Below are positions 34,931-45,913 of a DNA stretch of 64,000 bases, one piece after another. The first letter of the stretch is position 1, and the number at the start of each line of letters is the position of its first letter. The notes beneath the pieces were generated by a model that was not told the DNA's origin, did not search any database, and worked only from the letters and a program-made list of their open reading frames with translations. The stretch is taken from NCBI GenBank assembly GCA_937139155.1, contig CAKZPI010000019.1:21776-85775 (forward strand), in the 5' to 3' direction. Origin of the DNA: an uncultured Flavobacteriales bacterium (lineage in GTDB: Bacteria; Bacteroidota; Bacteroidia; Flavobacteriales; JBLHRE01). The position numbers were made by a program, and so were the translations under genes.

Positions 34931-35887
34931 ATGGGCATATTCGGATTATTCTCTTCGGATAAAAAGGAATCCTTAGACCAAGGCCTAGCCAAAACCAAAG
35001 AGTCGGTTTTTTCAAAGCTTGGAAGGGCTATTGCAGGTAAGTCAAACGTTGACGAGGAAGTTCTTGACAACCTTGAAGAGGTTTTGGTAACCTCTGATGT
35101 AGGGGTAGATACCACTTTGAAAATCATTGAACGGATTGAAGAGAGGGTAGCTAAGGATAAATACCTAGGCACCTCAGAATTAAATGAAATCCTTCGTGAA
35201 GAAATTGTCGGAATCTTGAAAGAATCTGGTCAGGTTGATCAAACCGCTTATGAGATTCCATCAAGCCATAAACCCCATGTAATCATGGTGGTAGGCGTAA
35301 ACGGGGTAGGGAAAACAACTACCATCGGGAAATTGGCCTACCAGTTTAAACAAGCCGGTAAAAAAGTGGTCCTGGGCGCTGCTGATACATTTAGAGCCGC
35401 TGCCGTTGACCAACTCAGTATTTGGGCAGACCGGGTGGAGGTTCCTATTGTGAAACAAGGCCAAGGTGCTGACCCAGCTTCTGTGGCCTTTGATACCCTC
35501 CAATCCGCACATAATCAAAATGCTGATGTTGTTTTAATTGATACCGCAGGAAGGCTTCATAATAAGGTCAACCTGATGAATGAGTTAAGCAAGGTTAAAA
35601 GGGTTATGCAAAAGGTGGTTCCGGATGCTCCTCATGAAGTTCTACTGGTTTTGGATGGGTCTACTGGTCAAAACGCTGTAGAGCAGGCCAGGCAGTTCAT
35701 TAAAGCCACCGAGGTGAATGCAATGGCCATTACGAAACTGGATGGAACCGCAAAAGGAGGTGTTGTAATCGGAATTTCCGATACATTCAAAGTTCCTGTG
35801 CGGTATATTGGAATTGGAGAGAAAATGGAGGACCTGCAGCTATTTAACGGCAGGGCTTTTGTAGATTCTCTCTTTAAGAATGATTAA
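34931..35887 (+). CDS. ftsY: Signal recognition particle receptor FtsY
   Basis: ATG 34931 gives 318 aa; the track start at 34901 lies inside a terminator hairpin. It has [19 protein letters not shown] and [10 protein letters not shown] motifs. Confidence 0.95.
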   Translation: MGIFGLFSSDKKESLDQGLAKTKESVFSKLGRAIAGKSNVDEEVLDNLEEVLVTSDVGVDTTLKIIERIEERVAKDKYLGTSELNEILREEIVGILKESGQVDQTAYEIPSSHKPHVIMVVGVNGVGKTTTIGKLAYQFKQAGKKVVLGAADTFRAAAVDQLSIWADRVEVPIVKQGQGADPASVAFDTLQSAHNQNADVVLIDTAGRLHNKVNLMNELSKVKRVMQKVVPDAPHEVLLVLDGSTGQNAVEQARQFIKATEVNAMAITKLDGTAKGGVVIGISDTFKVPVRYIGIGEKMEDLQLFNGRAFVDSLFKND

Positions 35888-35890
35888 GCA

Positions 35891-37204
35891 ATGCGCACAA
35901 AACAATCGGAAAAAAACCATATCAATGTAATCACCCTGGGTTGCAGCAAGAATCTTTACGATTCTGAAGTACTTATGGGACAGCTCAAGGCCAATGGAAA
36001 AGCCGTAAGCCATGAGTCGCAAGACGAGGGAAATATTGTGGTAATCAATACCTGTGGCTTTATTGATAATGCCAAGGAAGAAAGCGTGAATACCATTTTA
36101 GAGTACGCTAAGAAAAAAGAAGAGGGGGATATTGATAAACTCTTTGTTACTGGTTGTCTTAGCGAAAGGTATAAGCCTGATTTAGAGCGCGAAATCACCG
36201 ATGTGGATGCCTATTTCGGTACCCGCGATTTACCCCTTCTTTTAAAAGCCCTTGGGGCCGATTACAAACATGAACTTGTAGGAGAGCGTTTAACCACCAC
36301 ACCCAAGCATTTTGCCTATTTAAAAATTGCGGAAGGTTGTGACCGCCCCTGTTCTTTCTGTGCCATTCCGCTAATGCGCGGCAAACATAAATCGAAACCC
36401 ATTGAAGATTTGGTTACCGAAGCCGAAAAGCTGGCTGCAAACGGAACCAAAGAACTCATCTTAATTGCCCAAGATTTAACCTATTACGGGCTCGACCTCT
36501 ATAAAGAAAGGGTATTGGCTAAACTGCTTAAAGCTTTGGCTAAAGTTGACGGAATTGAGTGGATTCGCTTGCATTATGCTTTTCCAACTGGCTTCCCCAT
36601 GGACGTGTTGGAGGTTATGAAGAACGAACCGAAAATTTGCAACTATATTGATATTCCGCTACAGCATATCTCAGACCCCATTCTGAAATCAATGCGAAGA
36701 GGAACCACCTTCAAGAAAACCAACGACCTTTTAAAGGCTTTCCGGGAAACCCACCCAGATATGGCCATTCGTACCACCTTGATTTGTGGGTATCCAGGCG
36801 AAACTGAGGAAGATTTTCAAATTTTGAAAGATTGGGTGAAAGAAACCAGATTCAATCGCTTGGGCGTGTTTACCTATTCTCATGAGGAAAACACCCATGC
36901 CTACAATCTTGAAGACGATGTTCCAGCGGAGGTAAAGCAGGCCAGGGTTGATGAAATTATGGAAATCCAACAGGGGATTTCAGCCGAGTTAAACGCTGCA
37001 ATGGTAGGCAATACCTATAAAGTGCTTATCGACCGAAAGGAAGGAAAATACTTTGTTGGACGAACAGAATTTGATTCTCCTGACGTTGATAATGAGGTCT
37101 TGATTCCTGCCAATGAAGATACTTATCTTCGGCAAGGTGATTTTTACCAAGTAGAAGTTGAATCAGCAGGTGATTATGACCTTTACGCCAAATTGATTTC
37201 CTAG
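35891..37204 (+). CDS. rimO: Ribosomal protein S12 methylthiotransferase RimO
   Basis: 437 aa with an N-terminal UPF0004 Cys triad (LGCSKN...NTCGF...GC), a radical-SAM CDRPCSFC motif and a C-terminal TRAM domain. Confidence 0.9.
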   Translation: MRTKQSEKNHINVITLGCSKNLYDSEVLMGQLKANGKAVSHESQDEGNIVVINTCGFIDNAKEESVNTILEYAKKKEEGDIDKLFVTGCLSERYKPDLEREITDVDAYFGTRDLPLLLKALGADYKHELVGERLTTTPKHFAYLKIAEGCDRPCSFCAIPLMRGKHKSKPIEDLVTEAEKLAANGTKELILIAQDLTYYGLDLYKERVLAKLLKALAKVDGIEWIRLHYAFPTGFPMDVLEVMKNEPKICNYIDIPLQHISDPILKSMRRGTTFKKTNDLLKAFRETHPDMAIRTTLICGYPGETEEDFQILKDWVKETRFNRLGVFTYSHEENTHAYNLEDDVPAEVKQARVDEIMEIQQGISAELNAAMVGNTYKVLIDRKEGKYFVGRTEFDSPDVDNEVLIPANEDTYLRQGDFYQVEVESAGDYDLYAKLIS

Positions 37205-37207
37205 TAT

Positions 37208-38830
37208 ATGCCTATACATCCTCTTGAATTCAGTGAAACTCGGTCGTTTTCCAAATTAATGACTGATTATCTTCTTGAAGACGAAAGGGTTGAGGGTTTC
37301 ATTCATCGGTTTCCTTCCGATGAAAATCTCATAAAACAACAGCAAGAAAAAGCTCAGCATCCCATCCACCGAAAGGTGCTTTGCAAAGCCTTAAAGAAGC
37401 AGTACTCTCAGTCAATCCCTACCTGGAAAGAGGAGTATCCTGGGCTTGAACAACGAATTGACGCTCTTGAAAGCGAAGGGGTGTTTACGGTGACCACCGG
37501 ACACCAGCTAAACTTAGCAGGAGGTCCGCTTTACTTTCTCTATAAAATTGCCGGAACCATTGCCCTGGCAAAACGACTGAACGCAAAGAATCCTGGATTT
37601 AAAACCTTACCTGTTTTTTGGATGGCTACCGAAGACCATGATTGGGCAGAGGTGAATCATTTTTATTTCAAGGGTAAGAAATTCGAATCTAAAGACTCAA
37701 TTCCGGCTGCGGTTGGTAGGGCTAAGGCAGATTTGGCAATGCCGGTTTTGGAGGAATTAAGGAAAGAATTTGGACACATTGAACAGATTCAAGAATGTCT
37801 TGAACGTTGCTTGGATGCCTACGCTAAAGCGGAAACTCTTGCCGATGCCACTCGGATATTGGTGCAGCAACTATTTGCCGATTCCGATCTATTGATATTG
37901 GATGCCGATGACCGAGAATTAAAGGCCTTGATGGTGCCCATGGTAAAGGAGGAGCTATTTGGCACCCGATCAGCAGACCTTATAGAATCTAAAACACAAG
38001 AGCTAGCAAATCGATACTTTGCTCAGGTAAACCCCAGGGAAATCAATCTATTTTATTTAGACGATCGATTGAGGGGGAGAATAACCGTTTCGCCGGATGG
38101 CTTTGAAGTGGTTGATGGACATATGCTTTTTGATCAGGAACAATTGGAGGATCTCATGGAAAATGAGCCTGAGAAATTCTCTCCAAACGTGGTTTTACGT
38201 CCTCTTTTTCAAGAGATGATTTTGCCCAATCTTGCTTATCTAGGCGGGGGAGGGGAGTTGGCCTATTGGATGCAACTCAAGCCTTTGTTCGAGCATTATA
38301 AGCTTCCATTTCCAGTTTTGATTTTGAGAACTTCCATGGTTTGCCTTTCTGAAAAAGCTTGGAGACGGATTCGAAAATATGATTTTAGACTTCGAGATTT
38401 ATTCCTAGATCCAAACCATTATATGCGTAAATCCTTTTTTAACGAATCAGGTGCAGACCGGTCCTTGACCAAGGCAATGGATGATTTTCAGGCCATTTCT
38501 GATTATTTAAGAGGAACTGCTGAACGCTTAGACCCTACCTTGGTTCCTTCAGTAGAGGCTGAATTGGCCAAACAAGAACGCGGGATGAAACGGTTGCGGA
38601 AAAAGTTTTTCAGGGCGGTAAAACGGAGAGAGAAGCATACTTTTCAAAACCTTGAAGCCATCCGTGAGGAAATTTTTCCGGAGGGTGTTTTGCAAGAGCG
38701 TAGAGACTCGGTTTTTGACCTATCCTTGCATTTAAACCAAGAGATGATCTCCTTTTTGATTGAGGAAATGGATCCGTTGAAAAAGCGTTTCATAATTTTT
38801 GAACCCCTTCCGGTGAAGACCGAGGGCTAA
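37208..38830 (+). CDS. bshC: Bacillithiol biosynthesis cysteine-adding enzyme BshC (putative)
   Basis: 540 aa. [19 protein letters not shown] near aa 95 and a coiled C-terminal third match my recollection of the BshC family. Confidence 0.7.
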   Translation: MPIHPLEFSETRSFSKLMTDYLLEDERVEGFIHRFPSDENLIKQQQEKAQHPIHRKVLCKALKKQYSQSIPTWKEEYPGLEQRIDALESEGVFTVTTGHQLNLAGGPLYFLYKIAGTIALAKRLNAKNPGFKTLPVFWMATEDHDWAEVNHFYFKGKKFESKDSIPAAVGRAKADLAMPVLEELRKEFGHIEQIQECLERCLDAYAKAETLADATRILVQQLFADSDLLILDADDRELKALMVPMVKEELFGTRSADLIESKTQELANRYFAQVNPREINLFYLDDRLRGRITVSPDGFEVVDGHMLFDQEQLEDLMENEPEKFSPNVVLRPLFQEMILPNLAYLGGGGELAYWMQLKPLFEHYKLPFPVLILRTSMVCLSEKAWRRIRKYDFRLRDLFLDPNHYMRKSFFNESGADRSLTKAMDDFQAISDYLRGTAERLDPTLVPSVEAELAKQERGMKRLRKKFFRAVKRREKHTFQNLEAIREEIFPEGVLQERRDSVFDLSLHLNQEMISFLIEEMDPLKKRFIIFEPLPVKTEG

Positions 38831-38859
38831 TTGTATTTTTGCCGCTAATAATTCATGGC

Positions 38860-40392
38860 ATGCAACAAGAAATGATATTAATACTTGACTTCGGCTCACA
38901 GTATACCCAGCTAATTGCAAGAAGGGTAAGAGAGCTAAATGTGTATTGTGAAATACACCCCTATAACGAGATTCCAGAACTCAATGAATCCATAAAAGGC
39001 GTGATCCTTTCGGGGTCTCCTTCTTCGGTTCATGATTCGGAAGCCCCTGAACCAGATTTGTCTAACATTCTGGAGGAATACCCACTCTTGGGTGTTTGTT
39101 ATGGCGCCCAGTTCCTGGCTCAGAAAAGTGGAGGAATTGTGGAAAGGTCTAAGGTTCGTGAATACGGCAGGGCCAACCTTTCAAAGGTGCACCCTGGCCA
39201 TGAATTGACAAAAGGTATGCCCCTTGGTTCTCAAGTATGGATGAGCCATGGAGATACGATTAAGGAGGTTCCTGATTCATTTGAAGTGATTGCCAGCACC
39301 GAAGATGTGGCGGTTGCTGGTTACCAGGTTGTAGGTAAGAGAATTTACGGAATTCAGTTCCATCCTGAAGTATATCATTCTACCGACGGGAAAACCCTCT
39401 TGCATAATTTCGTGATTGGGATTTGCGGTTGTACCCAAGACTGGACCCCCATGTCTTTTGTAGAAACCACCGTGGATGAGTTGAAAGAGAAAATAGGAGA
39501 TGACAAGGTGGTGCTTGGTCTTTCAGGTGGAGTTGACTCAACGGTTGCCGCCATGCTTTTGCACCGTGCCATTGGCAAAAACCTCTATTGCATATTCGTT
39601 GATAATGGTCTTTTAAGGAAAAACGAATTTGAAAATGTACTTGAACAGTACAAAGGATTAGGGTTAAATGTGAAGGGCGTTGATTCGAAAGAACAATTCT
39701 ACACAGCCCTTTCCGGCACCTCAGATCCGGAATTGAAAAGGAAAGCCATTGGTAGGGTATTCATTGAGGTATTCGACCAAGAGGCTACCAGCATAACGGA
39801 TGTGTCTTGGCTAGGACAAGGAACCATTTATCCAGACGTGATTGAATCTGTTTCGGTAAAAGGACCATCTGCTACCATTAAATCGCACCACAATGTAGGC
39901 GGGCTTCCAGATTTCATGAAATTGAAAATAGTTGAGCCCCTACGTTCCTTGTTCAAAGACGAGGTAAGACGAGTAGGGAAAAGCTTAGGCTTGCCTGATA
40001 ATTTGCTTGGAAGACATCCTTTCCCTGGGCCAGGCCTTGCCATTCGAATTCTTGGGGATATCACTCCAGAAAAAGTGGCCATCCTTCAAGAGGTAGACCA
40101 TATTTTCATTGAAGGATTGAGAAAGCATAATCTATACGATGAAGTTTGGCAGGCAGGAGCCATATTGCTTCCCATTCAATCCGTTGGGGTTATGGGGGAT
40201 GAAAGAACCTATGAGCAGGTTGTGGCCCTTAGAGCGGTTGAAAGTACTGACGGAATGACGGCGGACTGGGTGCATCTACCCTATGAATTCCTAGCGAAAG
40301 TATCCAATGAAATTATAAACAAGGTGCAGGGTGTGAACCGGGTGGTGTATGATATTTCTTCGAAACCCCCGGCAACCATAGAATGGGAATAA
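38860..40392 (+). CDS. guaA: GMP synthase (glutamine-hydrolysing)
   Basis: ATG 38860 (or 38872). It has [20 protein letters not shown], a GATase Cys (GVCYGAQ), an ATP-PPase SGGVDS loop and a C-terminal KPPATIEWE. Confidence 0.95.
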   Translation: MQQEMILILDFGSQYTQLIARRVRELNVYCEIHPYNEIPELNESIKGVILSGSPSSVHDSEAPEPDLSNILEEYPLLGVCYGAQFLAQKSGGIVERSKVREYGRANLSKVHPGHELTKGMPLGSQVWMSHGDTIKEVPDSFEVIASTEDVAVAGYQVVGKRIYGIQFHPEVYHSTDGKTLLHNFVIGICGCTQDWTPMSFVETTVDELKEKIGDDKVVLGLSGGVDSTVAAMLLHRAIGKNLYCIFVDNGLLRKNEFENVLEQYKGLGLNVKGVDSKEQFYTALSGTSDPELKRKAIGRVFIEVFDQEATSITDVSWLGQGTIYPDVIESVSVKGPSATIKSHHNVGGLPDFMKLKIVEPLRSLFKDEVRRVGKSLGLPDNLLGRHPFPGPGLAIRILGDITPEKVAILQEVDHIFIEGLRKHNLYDEVWQAGAILLPIQSVGVMGDERTYEQVVALRAVESTDGMTADWVHLPYEFLAKVSNEIINKVQGVNRVVYDISSKPPATIEWE

Positions 40393-41969
40393 TGCGAATC
40401 AAACATCTTCTTCTTTTAGTTTTCCTTTTTCTAGGAACTCTGGGCTTTGCCCAATCCAAAAACTACCACATTCATGAGGTAGAGGCAGGGGAAACCTTGT
40501 ACAGCATCGCCAGAAAGTACGAGGTTAAGGTTCGGGAAATCAAAAAACTAAATCCCGATTTAACCAATGATTTACCCATTGGCCACCGAATCGTAATTCC
40601 AAGACGCGGGAAAAAAGAAAAAGTTGAGGAAGTACGAGGTTATTTCGAATATCAGGTTAAACCTAAGGAAACCCTTTATTCACTTGCCAAACGGTTCAAT
40701 ACAAACATTCCTGACTTGATGGACCTCAATCCAGAATTAAAGGAAGGTGGGCTGAAAATTGGAATGATGCTTAAGGTGCCTTTGATGGAAGGCAATTCTC
40801 CCGGGCACGGAGAGGAAGAAAAACCAGGTGAAATCCTCAATCAAGAGATTTTACCCAGTCTGGATACCTTAGTTGAATCTAAAAGCTTTGCAATTCGAGA
40901 CACGGTTAAAATAGCGCTCCTTTTGCCTTTAATGGCTGCAGAACACGACTCCCTTAGAAAGGCACGCCCCCTTGAAACCTTCATTAATCCCAATTCAAAA
41001 ATCGGCCTCTCTTATTATATGGGACTAAGATTGGCCCTTGACTCCCTGGCGAAGTTAGGGCTTCATTCTAAGGTTTATGTCTTTGATACTGAGGGAGATT
41101 CTTCGAAGGTAAAGGAGATATTAAGAAAGCCCATTTGGGATGAAATAGACCTAGCCATTGGTCCGCTTTACGGCCACCTAATAGGTTTGATTGCCCCCAA
41201 TTTAGCTTACCGCAAGATTCCTTTAATCAATCCTTTTTCCAGAAACGAAGAGCTTGCTCGAACACACCGTAACATTTGGCAATGTACCCCTGGATATTAC
41301 CAGGAAGCTCAATATTTAGGAAGGTACCTTGGCTTCAATTATGACCCCGACCGTTTGGTTTTGGTGCACCAGAATTCAGGAGGAGATTTGGAGTATGTTC
41401 AGGCTTTCAAGAAGAATTTAATTGACCAAACCAGGGATACTTTAGACATTAAGTCATGGACCTTTGACAAGGATGTGGTTGGAAGGCTTTCGTATTCAAA
41501 CATGCCACATGATACGGGAATGGTCTTTGTTTTAATTTCTACCAATCCGGCCTTTGTAACTGACTTTCTATCGAATCTTTCTACCCTAGATTCAAAAAGG
41601 CCCTTGGTTTTTACTTTCTCTAACATTGAGAAAATGAGAACCCTAGAACCGAGGTTATTGAATGTTCTAAGGGTTCATTTCACTAAGCCAGCCTTAGAGC
41701 AACCAAAGGCATTTGCAAAACTAGATGAACTGGCCATTCAGGCATATAATACACCAGCAGACCGATTCATGGCACTTGCTTTCGACCAGGTCTTATTCTT
41801 TGGAGAGGTCATTAAGGAGTCGAAATCAATTCAGCCTGCCTTGCACCAAAAGCCGCAGATTCATACTTATTCTGGCTTTTATTTCTTAGACCACCCAGGA
41901 ATCGGGAAGGTGAATCAATTATTGTTTTTGGTGCGCTTTCATAATTTTGAAATTAAACGAGTTAAATGA
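40392..41969 (+). CDS. LysM-domain protein with periplasmic-binding-protein-like C-terminal domain
   Basis: It starts at ATG 40392 overlapping the guaA stop (TAATG); an alternative ATG is at 40383. It has a signal peptide, two LysM repeats ([16 protein letters not shown]..., [16 protein letters not shown]...) and then a ~350-aa type I PBP-like region. Confidence 0.75.
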   Translation: MRIKHLLLLVFLFLGTLGFAQSKNYHIHEVEAGETLYSIARKYEVKVREIKKLNPDLTNDLPIGHRIVIPRRGKKEKVEEVRGYFEYQVKPKETLYSLAKRFNTNIPDLMDLNPELKEGGLKIGMMLKVPLMEGNSPGHGEEEKPGEILNQEILPSLDTLVESKSFAIRDTVKIALLLPLMAAEHDSLRKARPLETFINPNSKIGLSYYMGLRLALDSLAKLGLHSKVYVFDTEGDSSKVKEILRKPIWDEIDLAIGPLYGHLIGLIAPNLAYRKIPLINPFSRNEELARTHRNIWQCTPGYYQEAQYLGRYLGFNYDPDRLVLVHQNSGGDLEYVQAFKKNLIDQTRDTLDIKSWTFDKDVVGRLSYSNMPHDTGMVFVLISTNPAFVTDFLSNLSTLDSKRPLVFTFSNIEKMRTLEPRLLNVLRVHFTKPALEQPKAFAKLDELAIQAYNTPADRFMALAFDQVLFFGEVIKESKSIQPALHQKPQIHTYSGFYFLDHPGIGKVNQLLFLVRFHNFEIKRVK

Positions 41970-43003
41970 TTGGATACCAAGGCTTAATTAAGCCCTTTTT
42001 GTTTAGGCTTAAGCCTGAAAAAGCTCATTATTTCACCCTTTCCTTGCTTCGAAATACCTTGAGAATACCGGGAATGAAATCCCTTTTCACCTCAGCCTTC
42101 CGGGTAGATTCACCTAAGCTTCACCGCAAGGTTTTTGGAATTGATTTCCCAAACCCTGTAGGTTTAGCGGCTGGATTCGATAAAAACGCGGCCTATATGC
42201 ATGAATTGCAGTACCTGGGCTTTGGTTTTATTGAGGTAGGAACCGTGACCCCAGTTGGTCAAGAAGGAAATCCCCAACCCCGACTTTTCAGGCTGCCCAA
42301 AGACGAGGCCTTAATCAACCGTATGGGTTTTAATAATGCGGGATTGGAGCCCATGCTTGAATTCTTAAAAAACCGTCCGAAAAACTTAATTGTTGGAGGA
42401 AATATTGGGAAAAATAAAATCACTCCCAATGAAAAGGCCGGAGAGGATTACGCCAAATGCTTTGAAGCATTACACCCATATGTAGATTACTTTACCGTAA
42501 ATGTCTCCTCTCCAAACACTCCTAACCTTAGAGCCCTTCAAGAAAAAGAACCTCTAAAAGCTCTTCTTTCTGATTTGAAAGCTCGTAACCAGGAAAAGGA
42601 AATTCAAAGACCCATCTTACTTAAAATTGCCCCAGACCTCAATCATAGCCAACTTGATGACATCATAGAAATTGTTCAGGAAACCAAAATTGACGGGGTT
42701 ATTGCTACCAATACTACCTTAGACCGAAGTCATTTAAACAGCTCAGAAGCTGAGCTCGGGTCAATTGGGGCTGGCGGGTTGAGTGGGAAGCCGGCTAGAG
42801 AAAAATCAACAGAGGTTATTTCTTACCTTTCAAAGCATTCCAATAAATCCTTTCCCATCGTTGGGGTAGGAGGGATTCACTCGGCCCAAGATGCTTTGGA
42901 AAAGCTAGAAGCAGGAGCAGATCTTGTTCAAGTTTATACAGGGTTTATTTACGAAGGCCCTTCCTTAATCAAACGAATCAATAAAGCCTTATTAAATGCA
43001 TAA
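41966..43003 (+). CDS. pyrD: Dihydroorotate dehydrogenase (quinone), class 2
   Basis: 345 aa with [27 protein letters not shown] and GVGGI motifs. Confidence 0.9.
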   Translation: MIGYQGLIKPFLFRLKPEKAHYFTLSLLRNTLRIPGMKSLFTSAFRVDSPKLHRKVFGIDFPNPVGLAAGFDKNAAYMHELQYLGFGFIEVGTVTPVGQEGNPQPRLFRLPKDEALINRMGFNNAGLEPMLEFLKNRPKNLIVGGNIGKNKITPNEKAGEDYAKCFEALHPYVDYFTVNVSSPNTPNLRALQEKEPLKALLSDLKARNQEKEIQRPILLKIAPDLNHSQLDDIIEIVQETKIDGVIATNTTLDRSHLNSSEAELGSIGAGGLSGKPAREKSTEVISYLSKHSNKSFPIVGVGGIHSAQDALEKLEAGADLVQVYTGFIYEGPSLIKRINKALLNA

Positions 43004-43853
43004 GATTCAAATCACTGAATGTCCGAGAGATGCCATGCAAGGCATTAAAGAGTTTATTCCTACCAATCAGAAAATCAGTTATTTAAACGCTTTATTAAAG
43101 GTCGGATTTGAGGTTTTAGATTTTGGATCTTTTGTTAGTCCCAAGGCCATTCCTCAGCTTAAAGACACGGCTGAAGTTTTGGGAAACCTTGAATTGGATA
43201 AAACCCAAACCAAGTTATTGGCCATTGTAGCGAATCTTCGGGGTGCGCAAGATGCCGCCAAGCATAAGGAAATTAAGTTTCAAGGTTTTCCGTTTTCGGT
43301 TTCCGAAACCTTCCAAAAAAGAAATACCAATAAATCTATTGCCGAAAGTTTAGAGCAGATTAAAGAGATTCGTGACATTGCTCATTCTGCAGATCAGGAG
43401 CTTTTGGTTTACCTTTCAATGGGCTTTGGTAACCCTTACGGGGATGAATGGTCTCCTCAAATTGTACTTGACTGGGCTGGAGAGCTTTCAAAAGCGGGAA
43501 TTAAGTCCATGGCCTTGGCAGATACCATTGGGGTAAGCAATCCGGAGAACATTGACTTCCTGTTTAAAACCTTGATTCCAGGCTTGAACGATGTGAAATT
43601 CGGGGCCCATTTACATACTACCCCTAATACCTGGAGAGAGAAGGTTGAGGCTGCTTTCAATGCAGGTTGTTTCCGTTTTGACTCGGCCATTAAAGGGTAT
43701 GGGGGCTGTCCTATGGCCAAGGATGATTTAACCGGAAACATGCCTACTGAGAAGCTTTTAACCTTTGCACAAGAAAAAAACCTAGAGTCAAGTGTGAATA
43801 TGCTCCGTTTTGAGACGGCGGTAAATGAAGCCTTGCATACCTTTCCAATTTAA
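42996..43853 (+). CDS. Hydroxymethylglutaryl-CoA lyase
   Basis: 285 aa with [11 protein letters not shown] (DRE-TIM start), LADTIGV, HLHT and GYGGCP motifs. Confidence 0.85.
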   Translation: MHKIQITECPRDAMQGIKEFIPTNQKISYLNALLKVGFEVLDFGSFVSPKAIPQLKDTAEVLGNLELDKTQTKLLAIVANLRGAQDAAKHKEIKFQGFPFSVSETFQKRNTNKSIAESLEQIKEIRDIAHSADQELLVYLSMGFGNPYGDEWSPQIVLDWAGELSKAGIKSMALADTIGVSNPENIDFLFKTLIPGLNDVKFGAHLHTTPNTWREKVEAAFNAGCFRFDSAIKGYGGCPMAKDDLTGNMPTEKLLTFAQEKNLESSVNMLRFETAVNEALHTFPI

Positions 43854-43869
43854 ATCTATATTTGCCGCA

Positions 43870-44018
43870 CTTGGTTCCGCCTGGGGCGGATGAAAAGGGA
43901 ATTCAGTGAAAATCTGAAACTGTGCCCGCAGCTGTAAGCGGAATGCTTACCTCAATAACCACTGATTTGTTTCGGGAAGGGGAGGTAAGAAAAGCCGTGA
44001 GTCAGAAGACCTGCCAAG
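43870..44018 (+). promoter_or_regulatory. Cobalamin (B12) riboswitch aptamer
   Basis: P1 pairs CTTGG (43870-43874) with CCAAG (44014-44018). Conserved blocks are AAAAGGGAA, GTGAAAATC, CCCGCAGCTGTAAGCGG, ACCACTG and GGGAAGG. The B12 box AGTCAGAAGACCTGCC lies at 44000-44015. The aptamer sits 36 nt upstream of a TonB-dependent receptor gene. Confidence 0.85.
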
Positions 44019-44053
44019 TTTAATCCAATTCAAGCTTCCGGGGTCAGAAGTTC

Positions 44054-45913
44054 ATGGTTATGATGATTAGACTTACCTTCATTCTCTTTTCAGGGATAAT
44101 CTTTCCTTGTTTTGGGCAAATTGATACCAATCATTTGCCTGAAGTTTCAGTGTCTGACACAATAGATTCTGAGAAAAATACCAATCAAAAAAACCTTTCC
44201 CTTTCCAATACAACGAGAGATAATTTAGGAGATGTTCTAAATGCTAGAACTCCAGTGAACATTCGAAAAACAGGACCATCTACCTATGCATCATTATCCT
44301 ATCATGGCCTAAGCGGATCACAAGTTTCAAGCAGCTGGGAAGGAATCCCATTGTATAGTCCTAGCCTTGGGCTTCAAGATTTTAGTCTTATTGGAAATCG
44401 TTCCCAGGGAAGCATAAGCATCACCGATGGTCCGGCATGGAAGGGCTCAGGACAAGGGTATGCTGAAATCAACCTTCATGAGGCAAAACCTTTGGATTTG
44501 AAGAATCAAGCTTTTCTGAAATCAGAATGGTCAAGCTTGAATAATTTTTTCAGCTCAGGCCGGATTAATTTTTCAAAAGGGCATTGGGGAGCTTCTTTAT
44601 TTTACGGTCGACGTAGGGATGAAAATAGATACTGGGTAGAAGATCGAACCTCCTTCACCGGTGAAAGATTCCTGCAAGATCATTTGGCTTTTTATCAAGA
44701 TGAAATGGTTTTCCAGGTTCATCATAAGAAAGATCGACATGAAAGTCGGGTTTTGTATTGGTACCAAGATGGGTTTCGGGAATTACCTCCTTCATTGCTT
44801 AGTAGAGAGACCTCAGAATATCAAGAAGACGCATCCAATCGACTGGCCCTAATTCACAAGTATTCAGGAACCGTTTGGAAGCATGCATTCAAGCTGGCTT
44901 ATTTTAACGACCTTAATGTTTACGAGGATTCCCTAAAATCCATTTACGGAAACCACCAAACCCAACAGGCCCATTTTATCTATAATTCGACTTGGGAAAA
45001 ATCTAGGCTCAAGGTTGAGCCAAACTTTAGATATCGTTGGGAGCATGCTTTATCAACCAATCTTGGAAATGAGGCAAAGCTTTATCATCAATGGGCTCCA
45101 GGCTTAAACCTAGGGTACAAAATCACTGAGAAATTAGGTTCAAGGCTTTCGGTTCTTTACCCCATGCATTCAGAGTTTGAATCCCTTCCCCAGGCAAATT
45201 TCAACCTCTCTTTTGGTCATAAAAACTGGGTGATTTCGTCTGAGTTTGGATCGCATTATCGATTCCCAAGCCTGAACGACCGGTATTGGGAGCCAGGGGG
45301 AAATTCTGAATTGCTTCCTGAAAAGGGATTAAGTTCTCACCTGAAAATGAGCCGGAAGATGGAATTCAAAAATGGGCTTGATTTCACGGCCTCAACCATG
45401 GTTTATGCCCTTTGGGTCGACCAATGGATTCAATGGTCGCCTCTTGATAATCAAGCCTTTTTTAGTCCGCAAAACCTGAAAAAAGTTTTCAGTAGAGGGG
45501 TAGATTTGACCCTTAGATTGGAGTCGAAATCGTTTTATTTTCAGGAGGTTATTGCATTTAACCGGGCCGAAGCCATTGAGTCGGATATAGATGCTGACCC
45601 TAGTCTTGGGAAGCAATTGGTGTATCGACCCAGGTTTCAATCAAAAACTGAATTGGCTTATACCTTTGAGAATTTCAGAATCACGGCATTTAATCAATAC
45701 CTGAGCCAAAGGTTTATTAATTCTGACAACCGTACTGCCTTGGAAGGGGTGAACCTAATTGGGGCTCAGGTTGCCTATGATGGATCTTGGTATGGATTGG
45801 AGTTTTCAGTTGAAAACCTATTGAATACCTATTATGAATTGCAAGTTTATTATCCCATGCCGGGAAGAGTATATCAATTAAAAATAACCCTTAACCCAAA
45901 ATTTAAATCATGA
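44054..45913 (+). CDS. btuB: TonB-dependent receptor, BtuB-like (riboswitch controlled)
   Basis: 619 aa with a signal peptide, plug region (LPEVSVSD, LSYHGLSG, WEGIPL) and a 22-strand-size beta-barrel body. It lies immediately downstream of the B12 riboswitch. Substrate is assigned by context. Confidence 0.75.
   Translation: MVMMIRLTFILFSGIIFPCFGQIDTNHLPEVSVSDTIDSEKNTNQKNLSLSNTTRDNLGDVLNARTPVNIRKTGPSTYASLSYHGLSGSQVSSSWEGIPLYSPSLGLQDFSLIGNRSQGSISITDGPAWKGSGQGYAEINLHEAKPLDLKNQAFLKSEWSSLNNFFSSGRINFSKGHWGASLFYGRRRDENRYWVEDRTSFTGERFLQDHLAFYQDEMVFQVHHKKDRHESRVLYWYQDGFRELPPSLLSRETSEYQEDASNRLALIHKYSGTVWKHAFKLAYFNDLNVYEDSLKSIYGNHQTQQAHFIYNSTWEKSRLKVEPNFRYRWEHALSTNLGNEAKLYHQWAPGLNLGYKITEKLGSRLSVLYPMHSEFESLPQANFNLSFGHKNWVISSEFGSHYRFPSLNDRYWEPGGNSELLPEKGLSSHLKMSRKMEFKNGLDFTASTMVYALWVDQWIQWSPLDNQAFFSPQNLKKVFSRGVDLTLRLESKSFYFQEVIAFNRAEAIESDIDADPSLGKQLVYRPRFQSKTELAYTFENFRITAFNQYLSQRFINSDNRTALEGVNLIGAQVAYDGSWYGLEFSVENLLNTYYELQVYYPMPGRVYQLKITLNPKFKS

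Noticed and set aside
34931-43853. ftsY-rimO-bshC-guaA-LysM-pyrD-HMG-CoA lyase, considered as a functional cluster because of overlaps or gaps of 30 nt or less.
   Set aside because: The functions are unrelated housekeeping activities. Tight packing is the norm across this window, so it is most simply read as operon compaction.
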